NCBI GenBank assembly: GCA_035345735.1
Contig: DAORCZ010000004.1
Span: 1-35,173 of the forward strand
DNA length: 35,173 nt
Reading direction: 5' to 3'
Source: Pseudomonadota bacterium
GTDB taxonomy: Bacteria; Myxococcota_A; Polyangia; Palsa-1104; JAEUJZ01
Shown here: piece after piece, positions 25,664 through 35,173 of the stretch
How the letters are laid out: each line of letters starts with the position of its first letter
Numbering within the stretch: the first letter of the stretch is position 1
The notes under the pieces: model-generated
What the model was told of the DNA's origin: nothing
The model's input: the letters and a program-made list of their open reading frames with translations, nothing else
Database searches by the model: none
Program-made: the position numbers and the translations under genes

Positions 25664-25855
25664 GTCGATTTCCAAGCTCAAGCGTAGTGCGAAAGGTGTC
25701 ACCTTCTCAAGCGCTGTCACAGGGCAAAACCCGCGACATCGGCGGGCTTTGCGCAGGGAATCTGTGTAGGTGGGCTCGGGGGGCGGGCGCTGCTACGGGA
25801 CTCTCGGAAGCCGGGCAAGAGGTGATAGCTTGTACGTTTACCGCATAGGTCAAGG

Positions 25856-26932
25856 ATGAACGGTCTTCTGCTCGTCAACGTTGGGACGCCCGATGAACCA
25901 ACCCCACAGGCGGTGCGTCGCTATCTGCGTGAATTTTTGGGGGATGGACGGGTGGTTGATATCCACCCCATCGCGCGGGCGCTGCTGTTGCATCTGGTGA
26001 TCTTGCCGCTGCGACCGCGGCGCAGCGCCGAGGCCTATCGCAAGGTCTGGACGTCGCGCGGCTCGCCACTTCTGGCCTATTCGCAGGATCTGGTGGCGGC
26101 GCTTGCGCTGCGGCTGGGGCCCGACTGGGCGGTGCGGCTGGGGATGCGCTATGGCCGGCCTTCCATCGCCAGTGGCCTCGCCGAGCTTTTGGCCGCAGGC
26201 TGCGAGCGCTTGGTCATCCTGCCGCTCTATCCGCAGCAGGCGTCGAGCAGCACCGGCGCGGCCGTCGATGCGGTGTTCGCGGCGCTTGGCACGCGACAGA
26301 GCCCGCCACCGCTTTCTATCCTGCCGCCGTTTTTCGACGACCCCGGCTTCCTGTCGGTGCTGGCGGCGCATGGCCGGCCGATCATTGAGCGCGACAAGCC
26401 CGATCACGTGCTGTTCAGCTTCCACGGCCTGCCCGAGAGACAGATCCGCAAAGCCGACGCCGAGCGCTGCGCCGATCTGGGGGCTGCAGCGAGCCCACAC
26501 TGCCTTTCGCGCTCGGACTGCTGCGATGCGCTGGGGCCGCAGAACCGCGGCTGCTATCGCGCGCAGAGCCACGCCACCGCGCACGCCTTGGCGGCGCAGC
26601 TTGGGCTCTCGCGCGAGCGCTACAGCATCTGCTTTCAGTCGCGGCTGGGACGGACGCCGTGGATTCGGCCGTTTACTGACGAGGTGCTGCTGTCCTTGGC
26701 CAAGGCCGGAACGCGCCGGCTGGTGGTGTTCTGTCCGGCCTTTGTCACCGACTGCCTAGAGACGCTGGAAGAGATCGCCATCCGCGCCCGCGCCGACTTT
26801 CTGGCAGCCGGCGGCGAGTCGCTGAGTCTGGTGCCGGCGCTCAACGCCGATCCCGCCTGGGCCGATGCCTTGGTGGCCCTGTTGCGGCGCCAGCTTGCCC
26901 TGGCCAGTCCCGGCGCACCGACGACGACCTAG
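25856..26932 (+). CDS. hemH: Ferrochelatase with an internal Cys-rich insert
   Basis: N-terminus MNGLLLVNVGTPDEPTPQAVRRYLREFLGD, plus LVILPLYPQ, FSFHGLP and CLETLEEI are ferrochelatase hallmarks. Insert C205-x10-C216-x5-C222-C223-x9-C233 (nt 26468-26554). Confidence 0.92.
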   Translation: MNGLLLVNVGTPDEPTPQAVRRYLREFLGDGRVVDIHPIARALLLHLVILPLRPRRSAEAYRKVWTSRGSPLLAYSQDLVAALALRLGPDWAVRLGMRYGRPSIASGLAELLAAGCERLVILPLYPQQASSSTGAAVDAVFAALGTRQSPPPLSILPPFFDDPGFLSVLAAHGRPIIERDKPDHVLFSFHGLPERQIRKADAERCADLGAAASPHCLSRSDCCDALGPQNRGCYRAQSHATAHALAAQLGLSRERYSICFQSRLGRTPWIRPFTDEVLLSLAKAGTRRLVVFCPAFVTDCLETLEEIAIRARADFLAAGGESLSLVPALNADPAWADALVALLRRQLALASPGAPTTT

Positions 26933-26954
26933 TCGGCGAGGGCTGGACATCAGC

Positions 26955-27026
26955 AACTATCAAAAAATAATAAACATCTAACATAGATACATAAAATATA
27001 TTTATGTTGATGTTTAATTATTGAGA
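26955..27026. repeat. AT-rich (12 G/C in 72 nt) nested palindrome between convergent hemH and a beta-barrel-like gene
   Basis: Inner perfect hairpin ACATAAA-atata-TTTATGT (26989-27007). Outer arms AAACATC(T)AACAT (26973-26984 region) and ATGTTGATGTTT (27004-27015). The surrounding DNA is about 70% GC. Confidence 0.7.
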
Positions 27027-27034
27027 TCCCCGGG

Positions 27035-27655
27035 CTACAGCCGCATTCCCAGGCCGAGCGCGATGTTCATGCTCGACTGTGGCAGCCGCGTGGTGGGCGG
27101 TGCCGCGGCGGTGCCATCGATGCCGACCCGCATCCACAGCCCCAGGGCGCGGGGCAGCGCGTTGCGCGGCAGGATGTCGATCCCCAGGCGCAGAAAGCCG
27201 CCGAACAGCAGCGCCGATAGGTTGGCGTCTTCGGCCTCGTTGCAGCAGCGCCACAGGCGGCCTCCGCTGGCTCCCAGGCCGATGCGAATCCAGTCGGTCA
27301 CTCGCACCTGGGCCATGGCATGACCGCTGGCGTCGATGTACATGCCGGTCAGGCTCTGGTCGTCGCCGACATGCGACAGGAACAGCGCGCGACCGCCGAG
27401 CAGGAAGCCAAAGCCGTTGTCGAATTCCAGACCGACGTTGAGCTCGGGTCCGCCGCCGGCGAGATGAAAGCCGGGGTTGCGGTCGTCGGTCCAGGCGGCC
27501 CGCCAGCTTCCCGCGCCGGCGATGTCAAAGGCCAGGTGATCGGCGATGAAGCGTCCGGCTCCCGCGGCAGCGGCCGGTGACGGCCCCGCCAAGCCCAGGC
27601 AGAGCGCGATGGCTACCGCGAGGCGCAGTCGCTGAGCCGGAGGAGATCGCAGCAA
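27035..27655 (-). CDS. Secreted, probably outer-membrane beta-barrel-like protein (206 aa)
   Basis: Signal peptide RLRLAVAIALCLGLAGPSPAAAAG. Alternating hydrophobic, Gly-rich beta-strand pattern to the C-terminus. TTG start, so the start is uncertain. Confidence 0.5.
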   Translation of the reverse strand: MLRSPPAQRLRLAVAIALCLGLAGPSPAAAAGAGRFIADHLAFDIAGAGSWRAAWTDDRNPGFHLAGGGPELNVGLEFDNGFGFLLGGRALFLSHVGDDQSLTGMYIDASGHAMAQVRVTDWIRIGLGASGGRLWRCCNEAEDANLSALLFGGFLRLGIDILPRNALPRALGLWMRVGIDGTAAAPPTTRLPQSSMNIALGLGMRL

Positions 27656-27670
27656 GGCCGGCTCCGCAGG

Positions 27671-28516
27671 CTACGGCTGCTGCTGCACAGTCATGCCCTC
27701 GCCCGTCGGCGCATCGGCATGGCTAGGCTGCACATCGTAACTTACGCCCTTGCAGCGCGCGGTATCGGGAGGAAAGCGCGGGGCGAACTTGTAGACGTTG
27801 AGGGCTAGCTGCAGGTTGAACTCGCCGACCGCTTGCTCGGGCTCGCGATCGGTCCAGAAGCGCAGGCCCTGGACCTTGGTCGAGCCGCAGGGATCGAACT
27901 TGCCATCGCGCTGCTTGGCCAAGATCTCGAACATGTCGGCCGCGAGGTTCTTGGTGCAGGCCTGCTCGCCGTCGGCACAGCGGAAGCCGAAGGTGCGGTA
28001 CCAGCGCTTCCAGCGCGGGCTGTATTCGCTGATGCGCAGGCGGGGCTCGGCGCCGAGCGTGGGGTTCGCGGCCGTGACGTGATAGCGCACGCGGTAGACG
28101 CCAGTGGGCAGGTCGACGTAGATGCAGGCGGCCTCGGGCAGCGGTCCGGTCTTGAGGAAGGTGCCGATGCCTTCGATGGTGATCCGCATCGAGTCGTTGC
28201 CGCGCCCAGTGCGGAACTCGAAGCGCTTGTGGCCCTCGGGCGGGACGGCGGGTTCGAAGTCGCCGTCGGGCGAGGTGCCGCGGCCGTAGATATCGACATC
28301 GCGACAGGCGCAGATCCCGCCCTTGCAGCGCGCGCCGACCCCGGGCAGCGTCGGGACATCCTCGCGCACATCCGAGGTATCCAGAGCCGCCGCCGGCAGC
28401 TTGCCGCTGCCACCGTGCGCTTCCCCGCCGCGCTCTGCCTGGGGGCCGCTACAGGAAAAGAGTCCCAGCAGTGCCCCGGCGGCCAGCCACCGACTGCGCC
28501 AAATTCCCGTCAGCAT
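27671..28516 (-). CDS. Cys-rich lipoprotein (281 aa), function unknown
   Basis: Signal peptide with lipobox LLGLFSCS. Multiple Cys in the mature part. Lies 15 nt upstream of 27035-27655 on the same strand. Confidence 0.6.
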   Translation of the reverse strand: MLTGIWRSRWLAAGALLGLFSCSGPQAERGGEAHGGSGKLPAAALDTSDVREDVPTLPGVGARCKGGICACRDVDIYGRGTSPDGDFEPAVPPEGHKRFEFRTGRGNDSMRITIEGIGTFLKTGPLPEAACIYVDLPTGVYRVRYHVTAANPTLGAEPRLRISEYSPRWKRWYRTFGFRCADGEQACTKNLAADMFEILAKQRDGKFDPCGSTKVQGLRFWTDREPEQAVGEFNLQLALNVYKFAPRFPPDTARCKGVSYDVQPSHADAPTGEGMTVQQQP

Positions 28517-28619
28517 TGGCTTAGCCTAACACAGTTGCCCGCCGCAGCATCGGAAGAGGGGGGCGGCGCAGCGTCGCGCCAGACCGACGGGGCAAGAGCG
28601 GTGGCGGCAGCAATCGGCA

Positions 28620-29633
28620 CTAAACCGCTTTCGGCATCATGCCGTGCTCGCGAAACCAGGCGATGGCGTCGCGGACCGCGGGCTCGATGGGGCTTATGAC
28701 ATAGCCCAGCTCAGCCTGTGCCTTGGCCGATGTGAAGAGATAGCCGTCGAGGTAGCCGTAGCGAACGGTGACGCTGTTGATGTTGGCCTCGCGACCGCTC
28801 AGCACTTGCCAGAGGTCTCCGGCCCAGCCCACCGGCAGCGAGAACGGCCGCGGGATGGAAAGCGCGATCGGCGGCGTGCCCGCAAGCAGCGAGATGCGGC
28901 GCCACATCTCGGCGTAGGGCAGGTTGTGACCAGCCAAGATGTAGCGCTCGCCGCGACGACCGCGCTGCCAGGCGGCGATCATGCCGCGCGCGACATCGCG
29001 GACATCGACGAAGCTGTTGCAGCCGGTCGGCGCACCCGGCGCGGCCCGCCCGGCCACCTGGATGATCATCCGTCCCGAGCTGGGTCGGGCGTCGTAAGGA
29101 CCGAACATGTAGCCGGGATTGACGATCACTGCGTCGAGGCCGCGGCCGATCTCGGCGAGGACGACATCTTCGGCCTGGCGCTTGGTGATCGAATAGGCCT
29201 CATCAACGCCGTAGTCGGGGAAGTTCCAGCGCGCTGTCTCATCGACGGGCTGGCCATCGGTCGAAATGGCGCAGGTGACCACCGACGAGCAGTGGACCAA
29301 GCGCGGCGCCTTGCCACCGGCCGCCGCTTGGCCCAGGGCGGTGATGACGTTGCGTGTTCCTTCGACGTTGGTGCGCGTGATCTCGGGCGTGGGACGTCGG
29401 CGGTAGCTGATCGCCGCGGCGCAGTGAAACACGACATCGCAGCCCGTAAACGCCGCTTGCAGGCCCGCCCGATCGTCGAGATCGGCCGTGACCCACTCAA
29501 TGGGGAACGCGGCCAGGTGCTTGACGACGCTTTGGCCCCGACGGGTGCAGCGGACCGCAACGCCTTGCCGCAAGAGCTCGATCGCCAGGTTGGCGCCGAG
29601 TAGACCGGATGCTCCAGTGATCGCTGCCTGCAT
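28620..29633 (-). CDS. NAD-dependent epimerase/dehydratase family (extended SDR) protein
   Basis: ITGASGLLGANL Rossmann motif at the N-terminus and catalytic YSITK. ATG at 29633 preceded by GAGGAAGG (the longer ORF to 29894 lacks support). Confidence 0.85.
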   Translation of the reverse strand: MQAAITGASGLLGANLAIELLRQGVAVRCTRRGQSVVKHLAAFPIEWVTADLDDRAGLQAAFTGCDVVFHCAAAISYRRRPTPEITRTNVEGTRNVITALGQAAAGGKAPRLVHCSSVVTCAISTDGQPVDETARWNFPDYGVDEAYSITKRQAEDVVLAEIGRGLDAVIVNPGYMFGPYDARPSSGRMIIQVAGRAAPGAPTGCNSFVDVRDVARGMIAAWQRGRRGERYILAGHNLPYAEMWRRISLLAGTPPIALSIPRPFSLPVGWAGDLWQVLSGREANINSVTVRYGYLDGYLFTSAKAQAELGYVISPIEPAVRDAIAWFREHGMMPKAV

Positions 29634-29764
29634 GCCTTCCTCTGCCGAACGGGGACGATGTCTGGCTGCGCTTGTACCACACTGGGGCTCGATCCTGGCC
29701 GGTCTGCGTGAATCTTCCGAGTCGCGAGCAGAACCCGATAGAATGACCGCCATTTGGAGAACGC

Positions 29765-30634
29765 ATGTCGCGACTGCTGAAGGAACTGATCGAGCTACTG
29801 GCTCTGGAGCGCATCGAGGAGAACCTGTTTCGAGGTCAGAGTCAGGACCTGGGCTGGGGGCAGGTGTTTGGCGGGCAGGTGCTGGGGCAGGCACTGAGTG
29901 CGGCCGTGCACACCGTCGAGGCCAATCGCCACGTTCACTCGATGCACGCTTACTTTTTGCGTCCGGGGGATGCCCGGCGACCCATCGTCTACAACGTCGA
30001 TCGCCTGCGCGATGGCGGCAGCTTTACGACGCGGCGCGTGGTGGCGGTGCAGGGCGGGCAGCCGATCTTCAACATGTCGGCCTCGTTTCAGATCGAAGAG
30101 CCCGGCCTGGAACACGCCGACGCCATGCCTGACACGCAAGGTCCCGACGGGCTGCCCTCAGAGCTAGAGCTGTGGCAGCGCTATGCGCAGCGCTTGCCGG
30201 AAGGCACCCGCGTGCGCGCCCTCGCCGAGCGGCCGATTGAGCTGCGCCCGGTCGACCCCATCGATCCCTTCGCGCCGCACAAGAGCCCGCCCTCGCACGC
30301 GGTGTGGCTGCGCGCTTCGGGACCGCTGCCCGACGACCCGGCGCTGCATCGCTACCTACTCGCCTACTGCTCGGACTTCGCTTTCGTGACGACCGCGATG
30401 CGACCGCACGAGCGCACCTGGATCGATCCCAAGATGCAGGTCGCCAGCCTGGACCACGTGATGTGGTTCCACCGGCCGTTCCGCATGGACGAGTGGCTGC
30501 TGCACGTCATCCACAGCCCCTCGGCCTCGGGCGCGCGCGGCCTGGTGCGCGGCAGCATCTTTTCGCGCGATGGTCGCCTCGTCGCCTCAACTGGCCAAGA
30601 AGGCCTCATCCGCGAGCGGCAGAAGCCGCGCTAA
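29765..30634 (+). CDS. tesB: Acyl-CoA thioesterase II
   Basis: Collinear with E. coli TesB: LLALERIEENLFRGQSQDLGWGQVFGGQVLGQAL, HSMHAYFLRPGD, RDGGSFTTRRVVAVQ, LDHVMWFHRPF, SASGARGLVRG. Confidence 0.92.
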   Translation: MSRLLKELIELLALERIEENLFRGQSQDLGWGQVFGGQVLGQALSAAVHTVEANRHVHSMHAYFLRPGDARRPIVYNVDRLRDGGSFTTRRVVAVQGGQPIFNMSASFQIEEPGLEHADAMPDTQGPDGLPSELELWQRYAQRLPEGTRVRALAERPIELRPVDPIDPFAPHKSPPSHAVWLRASGPLPDDPALHRYLLAYCSDFAFVTTAMRPHERTWIDPKMQVASLDHVMWFHRPFRMDEWLLHVIHSPSASGARGLVRGSIFSRDGRLVASTGQEGLIRERQKPR

Positions 30635-30649
30635 TCCCCCCGCGCCCCG

Positions 30650-31744
30650 CTACTTCTTGGGGGCCTGCTGCGCCTCGCGAATCGCCCGCCACTCTTCTTC
30701 GTAGGCGCTCAGCCGCTCGATGACGATGTCGAGGTTGCGCTCGTTCATCTCGTTCTTTTCGGTGCGCGTCATGTCCGCCATCTGTCGCGCCACCTCACCG
30801 AGCTGATCGCACAGCAGGCTGATCGTCGTCAGATCCACCATCCGACGATCCTTGCCGGCAAACTTCTGGCGATACTCTTCGAAGATGTCGTTGGCAGCGC
30901 CACCCAGCATGCCCATGATGTCGGCGAGCGGAGCGGCCTGCCGCGCCTTGCGGATCTCGGCCAGCTCAGACTCGTTGTGACGTAGCGCCTGCTCGACGAT
31001 GCCGATGTTGTTGCGGTTGTTCTCGACGGCCGGACCCGACAGCTTCAGCTCGCGCATGCTGCTGCGGATGCGGCGCAGGTTTTCGACCACCCGCTGCAGC
31101 AGCGCCGGACGGCGCGTGATGCGCGATTTTTCGACGAAGTGCTTGTCGTAGATCGCGAACTGCGCGTTCGCCAGATCGGCCAGCCGGCTGGCTCGCTCCT
31201 CGGGGGATCCCTCGCTCTGCGCTCTCTCGATCTGGCGCGTCTCGTCGGTGTACTGATCGACGACGCGGGTCACCAGATCGGCATCGGTCTGATAGGAGGT
31301 GTTCGGCTTGACCGACAGGATCACGCTCATGCGCTGGCGGATCGTGCGCAGCTCTTCGACCATCTCTTTGAGCAGGCCGAGATCGCGGGTGCCTCGCGAC
31401 TGACCCGCAAAGTGACGCTGATAGCGAGCGAAGACGAAGTTGGCCTGGGCCGCCAAGCGGGCAAACTCCACCGCTTCGGTTCCGCCGGCCTTGGCATCGA
31501 CGATGGCCTGGCGCTCGGTCTGATACATCGACAGGCGACCCCGGGCTTGCTCCAACGCCGCGGTCACGCCGTCGCTCTTGGCTTGTTTCTCAAGCTCCGC
31601 CACCACGCTGCGCAGGCGATTGAGCAGCTCATCCATCACCGCGAGGTCGCGGGTCGCTCGCGCTTGGCCAGCGAAGTCCGATTCGTAGCGCGCAGTGACG
31701 TCAGCGATCTCTTGTTCCAGGTTCGCAAGGGTTCGGTTAGCCAT
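30650..31744 (-). CDS. All-helical protein built from four internal repeats of about 90 aa, function unknown
   Basis: The core motif recurs four times: ARYESDFAGQARATRDLAVMDELLNRL, ARYQRHFAGQSRGTRDLGLLKEMVEEL, AIYDKHFVEKSRITRRPALLQRVVENL and EEYRQKFAGKDRRMVDLTTISLLCDQL, with Tyr at aa 20, 108, 199 and 291. Confidence 0.75.
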   Translation of the reverse strand: MANRTLANLEQEIADVTARYESDFAGQARATRDLAVMDELLNRLRSVVAELEKQAKSDGVTAALEQARGRLSMYQTERQAIVDAKAGGTEAVEFARLAAQANFVFARYQRHFAGQSRGTRDLGLLKEMVEELRTIRQRMSVILSVKPNTSYQTDADLVTRVVDQYTDETRQIERAQSEGSPEERASRLADLANAQFAIYDKHFVEKSRITRRPALLQRVVENLRRIRSSMRELKLSGPAVENNRNNIGIVEQALRHNESELAEIRKARQAAPLADIMGMLGGAANDIFEEYRQKFAGKDRRMVDLTTISLLCDQLGEVARQMADMTRTEKNEMNERNLDIVIERLSAYEEEWRAIREAQQAPKK

Positions 31745-31952
31745 GGGGTCTCACAGTATGCGGGAGGGCTTCTCGCAAGAAGAGGTAAAAAGGGGGTCCT
31801 TGTACCTTGGGGCGTCGGCGGAAAACCGCAAGGGGCACAGAGCCGCGATCGGGGGGCGCTCGCGAGTTGGCTGGCGCAAGAGGACCGAGGAAGAGCCGCA
31901 GTGAATGCGGGGCTCAGCGCGGCGAGCACGGGGGCAGAAGCGGCGGGCAGGA

Positions 31953-33398
<1,446 letters not shown>

Positions 33399-33596
33399 GG
33401 ATGCGCTCGGAGGAGGCTAGGGCAACAGGAACGCGCCCCGCTTATAGGGGCCGTCGACAGATAAGTAGGCACAGCAACGTGATTATAGCCGCCGAGCCAT
33501 TTTCTGAGCAAGGCACAAGAAACCGACCGCTGTGCCGGTTCGTTGGGTAGGGGGCTGTGGGGAGATGCGGGAGAGGGCGGGGGAGATGCCGGGCGG

Positions 33597-34313
33597 CTAG
33601 GGCTCGCGCGGCGACAATCGCTGCATGCTGCGCTGACCCAGGCTGGGCAGGGCAGGGATGGCACGTGCCGTCGGTGGAGCAGGGGGAGCAGGGGGCGCTG
33701 CCGAAACGGCAGGGGCCGGTGGAGCGACCGGCGCGACCGGCGTGACCGCTGCGACCGGCGGGGTTGGCGATGGGCTGGCCGCGGGGGGCGTGCGGCGGGG
33801 GGGGCGTGCGGCGGTCGAACCCAGCGCGGGAGGCGCCGCCACGGGCGGACTCGTCACCGAAGGCGTCGGCGATTCCTTGGGCACGACGGGGACTGGCTGG
33901 GCCGGCGCGACGGCTTCCGCGCGCGGGGCCGGTGGCGGTGAGTCGGCTGGGCGGCGGGCGCGGGGCGGATCGCTGACTGGCGGGGCGGCAGCGGGCGTCG
34001 GGCTGGCGGCAGCGGCCTCGGTCTCGCTGACAAACACCACGCGCGGCGAGAGGATGTCGCCCAGCACGCGACCGGTGCTGTGCAGCCGGACCCGCTCGCG
34101 GGCCTTCAGCGTCCCGCGAAACACGCCCAGGACCTCGGCTTCGCCGACCTCGGCCTGCGCCGCCTCGACGCGTCCCTCGGCGCCCACGATCAGGCGACCG
34201 GTGACGTTCAGCGGGCCTCCTTCGAAGCGTCCATCGATCTGGACGTCTCCCTCCGCAGTTAACTGACCAACAAAGCGGGTTCCCGCAGAAAGGACGGTCT
34301 TAGCAAGCGTCAT
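33597..34313 (-). CDS. Bactofilin with a long Pro/Ala-rich C-terminal tail
   Basis: The N-terminal 110 aa show the bactofilin (DUF583) beta-helix pattern: VLSAGTRFVGQLTAEGDVQIDGRFEGGPLNVTGRLIVGAEGRVEA...VLGVFRGTLKARERVRLHSTGRVLGDI. The tail is PVAPVAPPAPA-type low complexity. Confidence 0.85.
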   Translation of the reverse strand: MTLAKTVLSAGTRFVGQLTAEGDVQIDGRFEGGPLNVTGRLIVGAEGRVEAAQAEVGEAEVLGVFRGTLKARERVRLHSTGRVLGDILSPRVVFVSETEAAAASPTPAAAPPVSDPPRARRPADSPPPAPRAEAVAPAQPVPVVPKESPTPSVTSPPVAAPPALGSTAARPPRRTPPAASPSPTPPVAAVTPVAPVAPPAPAVSAAPPAPPAPPTARAIPALPSLGQRSMQRLSPREP

Positions 34314-34596
34314 TGGGCCGGCACAGTATCACCGCCGAGCCGCGCTGTACATTAAGAGGATCGGCAGCCGGGGCGGCGGGGTATCTTGTCGGCCCGTTCC
34401 CGTGCGCACGCTTGGCGGTCTAGACGGGGGCGCGGTAGGGATGCCGAATCACTCCGACGGAGAGTTGGCACTCCGTGGCGGATAGAAGCTGCTCGGGGAG
34501 GGAGCTGGGACTGGTTGGCGTATTAACAGCAGTTCCGGCCTGCATCTGAGAGCGATGCGGTCGCAAGAGGAGCAGGGGCCGAGGTCGACTGCGACG

Positions 34597-34625
34597 CTTC
34601 GTCCCAACCGAAAGCCGGGACGAAG
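34597..34625. other. Perfect 9-bp stem-loop in the rimO-bactofilin spacer
   Basis: CTTCGTCCC-aaccgaaagcc-GGGACGAAG. No U/T tract follows on either strand, so it is not a canonical terminator. Confidence 0.5.
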
Positions 34626-34724
34626 CTCATCGAGTCATAGGTGACGAGCATCAGGTTGATGCTGAAGCTGGGGGAAGTGAGCTCCAAGCGGAGGGATGCG
34701 GTCACGAACCGCGGGGACGCGGAG

Positions 34725-35173
34725 CTAGGCGACGACGCGCAGCTTGACCGGCAGCTTGATACCTTGCGGCGGGCGGTAGGCGGGCTGCAGGACGGCGCTC
34801 TCGCTCTCGACGGTGGCGGCGAGGTCGTAGTCGGCGCTGCCGGTGACGCGGGCCTGTACCAGATCGCCGGGGCGCAGCACCAGGTCGGCAGCGTCCTCGC
34901 CCAGGGACAGGAAAACGCGGCCATCGATCTCGGGGGCCTGGCCGGCGTGGCGACCGGCCATCACGAACTCGCTCTCGTCCGATTCTCCCTCGACAAGCAC
35001 GTCAATCAACGTACCGCGCCGGGCCCGCTGGTGTTTTTTACTTACCTGGCGCTGGATGCGCAGTAGCTCGCGACGGCGCCGCTCGGCTTCCTTGGCCGGC
35101 ACGACCTCGGTCAGGGCTCCCGACGGCGTGCCCTCCTCGTGCGAGTAGCAGAAGACGCCGACGTGATCGAACT
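34725..35173 (-). CDS. rimO: Ribosomal protein S12 methylthiotransferase RimO, C-terminal part (5' end outside window)
   Basis: The frame is open to the window edge: FDHVGVFCYSHEEGTPS...RRRRELLRIQRQVS...AGRHAGQAPEIDGRVFL...GDLVQARVTGSADYDL. This matches the RimO radical-SAM C-terminal/TRAM region (E. coli ADAPEIDGAVYL ... ADEYDL). Confidence 0.85.
   Translation of the reverse strand, partial: FDHVGVFCYSHEEGTPSGALTEVVPAKEAERRRRELLRIQRQVSKKHQRARRGTLIDVLVEGESDESEFVMAGRHAGQAPEIDGRVFLSLGEDAADLVLRPGDLVQARVTGSADYDLAATVESESAVLQPAYRPPQGIKLPVKLRVVA

Noticed and set aside
25730-25746. Terminator-like hairpin CCCGC-n7-GCGGG, followed by TTTT on the minus strand.
   Set aside because: The stem is only 5 bp. 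It sits upstream of, not after, the minus-strand kinase gene in a divergent promoter region, so it has no transcript to terminate. At most it is a leader structure.
28620-29894. Full 424-aa ORF for the SDR gene, and likewise the longest-ORF starts at 14722, 16546, 23677, 9325, 9486 and 5777.
   Set aside because: The N-terminal extensions are low-complexity or low in third-position GC and lack an SD. Internal starts coincide with family N-termini, SD sequences or stop/start coupling, so the shorter coordinates were preferred.

Overview
High-GC (about 70%) bacterial chromosome segment. The gene content suggests Myxococcota: several Hanks-type Ser/Thr kinases (one with a PEGA domain), a bactofilin, and a ferrochelatase with an internal Cys-rich insert. 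The window splits into two parts.

(A) nt 1 to about 16736 is lower-GC accessory DNA (spot counts of about 50-60% GC). It has two modules. The first is a minus-strand cassette encoding a 1310-aa multidomain toxin-like protein: annexin-type repeats, a Gly/Ala-rich hydrophobic region, a 12-residue LP repeat linker, and an unclassified C-terminal domain with a nucleotidyltransferase-like GS...DxD signature. It is followed by a small immunity-like gene and a second tandem copy of that gene that carries an in-frame stop. The second module is bounded by a tyrosine integrase and carries a POT/MFS transporter, an RHH regulator with a palindromic operator, a Zn-ribbon coiled-coil protein, a RhuM-family protein, and a tightly coupled three-gene ABC-3C type operon. 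That operon encodes a Cap4/DUF4297-like nuclease effector, a middle component, and a DUF3732 ABC ATPase with a Rad50-like CPVC hook. The accessory block ends against a kinase-STAND-TPR gene that lacks its kinase N-lobe.

(B) nt 16737-35173 looks like core genome. It holds the kinase-STAND gene, a cytochrome P450, a fused EutB-EutC ethanolamine ammonia-lyase with a twin-arginine signal, two Ser/Thr kinases, hemH, tesB, an SDR epimerase, two envelope proteins, a four-repeat helical protein, a bactofilin, and the 3' end of rimO. It also contains a striking 72-nt AT-rich palindromic spacer.

I saw no rRNA, tRNA or CRISPR array. All functional calls rest on motif and family recognition by eye. No database search was run.
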